From: a virus | Taxonomy: Duplodnaviria > Caudoviricetes | IMG/VR virus record: IMGVR_UViG_3300005805_000358 | Location: 1-28,136 of that record | Length of the DNA stretch: 28,136 nt | Strand: one strand, 5' to 3' | Shown: positions 25,489-28,136 of the stretch, one piece after another | How the letters are laid out: every line of letters starts with the position of its first letter | Position numbering within the stretch: position 1 is the first letter of the stretch | Translations under genes and position numbers: made by a program | Notes under the pieces: model-generated | What the model was told of the DNA's origin: nothing | What the model saw: only the letters and a program-made list of their open reading frames with translations | The model's database searches: none

Positions 25489-25606
25489 ACCGTTGATCTT
25501 TCAAAATAATCGATTACCACAACCTAAAATTCCTCTTCGTTTATTTACAAAAGTAAATAAACCTAATTTATATGAACCACAAAAATTTACTATTGTGGTG
25601 GAGTAG
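25442..25606 (+). CDS. Unannotated small basic protein (54 aa)
   Basis: MKIPAFKLKKKTNSYKPLIFQNNRLPQPKIPLRLFTKVNKPNLYEPQKFTIVVE; AAGGA upstream; covers the otherwise empty 25489-25589 gap. Confidence 0.5.
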   Translation: MKIPAFKLKKKTNSYKPLIFQNNRLPQPKIPLRLFTKVNKPNLYEPQKFTIVVE

Positions 25607-26048
25607 GCATAGGAGCAGGCATTCCAGATTGATTTCCCATTCCATCAGGTGGAACTTGTTTTAGTTGTTGATCGCCTTGATTTGAATCTTCTCCGCTTTG
25701 CATTTGTGGTTCTTCTGTTTTAGGTTCGTCACCACCAGATAAATTATTTGACTTCAAAAATTCATCTATCAACTTTCTGTTTTCTGGTTTTAAATTTGGC
25801 AAAGCTTCTTTCATAGAATCAATAAGTTTTGAAAAATTCTCGTCATGAGCAGTTGGCGATAATCCACTATCTTCTGTTGCACCAGCATCTTGCTGTTCAG
25901 GGGTGGCATCTGGTGCAGTTTGATTTGTAGCATTATTTTGTGGAATATTTTCTGGTGGTTGTTGTTGAGGTTGCATTTGAGCCATATCTTGTTCAAATAA
26001 CATTTTTTCTGTGCGAATTTTTTCTAGAAATTCAAAAAATTTACCCAT
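25590..26048 (-). CDS. Gln/Pro-rich low-complexity protein, possible head-internal protein
   Basis: N-terminus MGKFFEFLE...MLFEQD; AGGAG RBS; acidic, mostly low-complexity sequence around one helical patch. Confidence 0.75.
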   Translation of the reverse strand: MGKFFEFLEKIRTEKMLFEQDMAQMQPQQQPPENIPQNNATNQTAPDATPEQQDAGATEDSGLSPTAHDENFSKLIDSMKEALPNLKPENRKLIDEFLKSNNLSGGDEPKTEEPQMQSGEDSNQGDQQLKQVPPDGMGNQSGMPAPMPTPPQ

Positions 26049-26056
26049 GATTTCTC

Positions 26057-26599
26057 CTATACAATTTTAATTTTTAAATCTGGTTGTTTTTGCGTAACAT
26101 TGCCTTCGCCAGTTGTCACTGATTCTTGGAATCGTTGACAAATAAGTTCCATTCTTAAAGCTCCCCACAATTTAAATTCTCCAAGATTTCGCTGAATAAT
26201 AATCCAGTTTTCTCTCAGGTGAGGACTAAAGATTCTAGACCCTATTTTTGGAGGATGTCCTATACTTTTTAAAATAGATCTATAATTTACTTCAAAAACC
26301 ATTTCGTCTGGTGAATCAATACCGAATTGACTCAAAGCATTTTGAGAAGGAATTGGTTCGTAACTACACCATAGTTGTATTGGGTTATTCGAAAATATTT
26401 TGCCACGATCTTCCAAATAAAGTGGATCAACTGTTTGCTGTTGAATAAAAACTTCATAGTAATAAAGTGGAGATCCTCCTCGCATGAGTGATTCTTGATC
26501 CCACTGATTAAACAAATCATGTTCTGGAGCATTTGGATTATATTGCTGAACACTCCCTAGTGGTTTATAACAACTTCCATCCGTGTTTCTTAATGCCAT
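26057..26599 (-). CDS. Neck / head completion protein (T4 gp14-like)
   Basis: DPLYLED, LSQFGIDSPDEMVF and PKIGSRIFSP match the gp14-like pattern; lies in the virion block. Confidence 0.72.
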   Translation of the reverse strand: MALRNTDGSCYKPLGSVQQYNPNAPEHDLFNQWDQESLMRGGSPLYYYEVFIQQQTVDPLYLEDRGKIFSNNPIQLWCSYEPIPSQNALSQFGIDSPDEMVFEVNYRSILKSIGHPPKIGSRIFSPHLRENWIIIQRNLGEFKLWGALRMELICQRFQESVTTGEGNVTQKQPDLKIKIV

Positions 26600-26621
26600 T
26601 TTTTGTTCCTGTTAAATTTTT

Positions 26622-28073
26622 TTACAAGGAATTTTTAATTTCTTTTTCTAAACCAGCTTTTCTCTTTTTGTCGTATGAAATTTTAGTTAGACCATCTAAA
26701 ACATTAAGTAAATCTGTATTACCAAATACAGGATACTTACTTGCAAATGTCTCTAATTCTTTTATATATTTATTTTTTGCTTGTTTAGTATAATCTGGAT
26801 TTTTGACGATAGATTCATTGTCATGTAATGGTCTATTTTCATTGATAAATTGTCCAAGTTCTATTGTCCATATTTTTAATTCCGCAATTGATTTTTTTCC
26901 TGATAAATAATTTTCTAAATTATTTTTCCAAATGGTGGTAAATTGTTTATATATTTCTTTATATTGAAATTCTTTTTCAGACATGAATTTTGGTGTTGAT
27001 AAATCAATTGTATCAATTTTATTTCTTAAAAAACTATCCAGCATCTGTGTAACATTTTGTAAATCGTTTTTAAAATTTAAGATGCTTTCCGCATTTGTAT
27101 CACCATAAGGATCATAATTGGCAGGATCAGCTATGGAGGTTCCTAATTCATCACCAGTTTCGGGATTTACTGCACTTAAACTTGCATGAGCTACTCGTAC
27201 TCTTTTTCCTTCCCTGTCTGTTTTTGTTAATCCTTCTGGGGATTCTTGCTTTGCATAATTCTTACCAAGAAATTTAAAACTACCAGAGAAATCATTTATA
27301 ACATCTGATTCCTCAATATTATGTCCAGTTAAAAACAATATTGTTTTGGCCATAGCTCTGTCAACTTTTCCCATGTTGAACAAATTCAATATTTCGGTTC
27401 CACCATATTTTGTTGTTCTTTCAAACTTTTTCCAGACTCCTTCTTGGGTAAATTTCCAATTTTCACTTCCAATTGGATTTCCCAAACTGTCTTTTTTGGT
27501 GACTGTAAATATGTCGCCTTTTCTGGCATCTTTTGGAAAATCAATATTCTTGGCTTCTTGTTTATCCAATATTTTATCCATTTCACCAGTGGAAGCATAC
27601 ATGAAATTTTCAAGCTCTCCTGTCGATGGGTTTTTAATTTCCCTAGATGGTAATGCACTTACTTTCTGGTGAAACGATCCAAATAATACTTCAGGATTTT
27701 TTTTGTACAATTCATTTTTCTTCAATGCATCAAAATATGAAAGTGGTTGAATTGATGAAAAATCTTCAATAAATTTTGCTGCTGATTCTTTAAGTATTTT
27801 GGCCATTTCATCGGTATTAGGTTCTGGTTCAATTTTTTCTGCTAATTCATTTAACACTTCATCAGTAACAAATCTTTTTACTTCATCTAAATCTGAATTT
27901 TTGATTATTTGAGCAAATTGTTTTACTCGGTAATGAATTTCTTGATTTATCATATTTATATAACTTTTGTCAAACAAATCACTAGCTTTAACTTCGTTGA
28001 TAGTTGATTGAAATAAAGAATATGTGAAACTGTCATTTTCTAAAAACCATTTTGCAAATGATAAATTATTCAT
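26622..28073 (-). CDS. Hypothetical protein, possible head-internal protein
   Basis: 483-aa ORF with GAGG RBS; N-terminus MNNLSFAKWFLEND; no recognisable catalytic motif. Confidence 0.8.
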   Translation of the reverse strand: MNNLSFAKWFLENDSFTYSLFQSTINEVKASDLFDKSYINMINQEIHYRVKQFAQIIKNSDLDEVKRFVTDEVLNELAEKIEPEPNTDEMAKILKESAAKFIEDFSSIQPLSYFDALKKNELYKKNPEVLFGSFHQKVSALPSREIKNPSTGELENFMYASTGEMDKILDKQEAKNIDFPKDARKGDIFTVTKKDSLGNPIGSENWKFTQEGVWKKFERTTKYGGTEILNLFNMGKVDRAMAKTILFLTGHNIEESDVINDFSGSFKFLGKNYAKQESPEGLTKTDREGKRVRVAHASLSAVNPETGDELGTSIADPANYDPYGDTNAESILNFKNDLQNVTQMLDSFLRNKIDTIDLSTPKFMSEKEFQYKEIYKQFTTIWKNNLENYLSGKKSIAELKIWTIELGQFINENRPLHDNESIVKNPDYTKQAKNKYIKELETFASKYPVFGNTDLLNVLDGLTKISYDKKRKAGLEKEIKNSL

Positions 28074-28090
28074 TTTATACCTCTTAGACT

Positions 28091-28098
28091 TATTTATG
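28091..28098 (-). promoter_or_regulatory. Candidate late promoter CATAAATA
   Basis: TATTTATG on the plus strand, 17 nt upstream of ATG28073 and just downstream of a probable terminator. Confidence 0.5.
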
Positions 28099-28108
28099 AA
28101 AAAACAAT

Positions 28109-28136
28109 AAAAAAAGAGACTAATTTTAAAATTAGT
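28109..28136 (-). terminator. Probable rho-independent terminator truncated by the window edge
   Basis: Perfect palindrome ACTAATTTTAAAATTAGT (28119-28136) flanked by GAG and an A-run (28109-28115) that reads as a T-run on the minus strand. Confidence 0.5.

Noticed and set aside
1-28136. Stop-codon reassignment (TAG or TGA recoding), as in some large phages
   Set aside because: Conserved genes are full length in the standard code, and TAG and TGA both end genes at tight junctions (e.g. 1122, 9186, 10340, 23375, 26057).
1-28136. CRISPR array, tRNA/rRNA genes, introns, inteins or transposases
   Set aside because: No regularly spaced repeats are visible, intergenic gaps are mostly under 90 nt, and the RNR, PyrG and Rad50 proteins have normal lengths without intein motifs. 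A covariance-model search was not run.

Overview
This AT-rich, densely coding window is a fragment of a large T4-like (jumbo-type) contractile-tailed phage genome that reads well in the standard bacterial code. The left part is a plus-strand replication and nucleotide-metabolism block: Mre11/gp47, two glycosyltransferase-like genes, Rad50/gp46, a class II (B12) ribonucleotide reductase, CTP synthase, a class II glutamine amidotransferase, a PD-(D/E)XK resolvase-like nuclease and a STAS anti-anti-sigma factor. It is followed by a minus-strand MoxR AAA+ and metallopeptidase-vWA pair, a gp26-like tail/baseplate assembly gene, a cluster of small and glycosyltransferase genes, a gp55-like sigma factor with an adjacent HTH protein, and a minus-strand virion block (two tail tubes, sheath, gp15-like terminator, gp14-like neck). 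The strongest hidden signal is a probable programmed -1 ribosomal frameshift (A-AAT-TTT-TTC, 14606-14597, minus strand) that would fuse the gp26-like protein to an unannotated, start-less gp51-like ORF. Other leads are three proteins with T4 capsid-targeting-like N-termini, a candidate late promoter (CATAAATA), a CTP synthase altered at feedback-site positions, a possible split sigma factor, and a STAS protein hinting at a Planctomycetota host. All product calls come from motif recognition by eye; no database searches were run.
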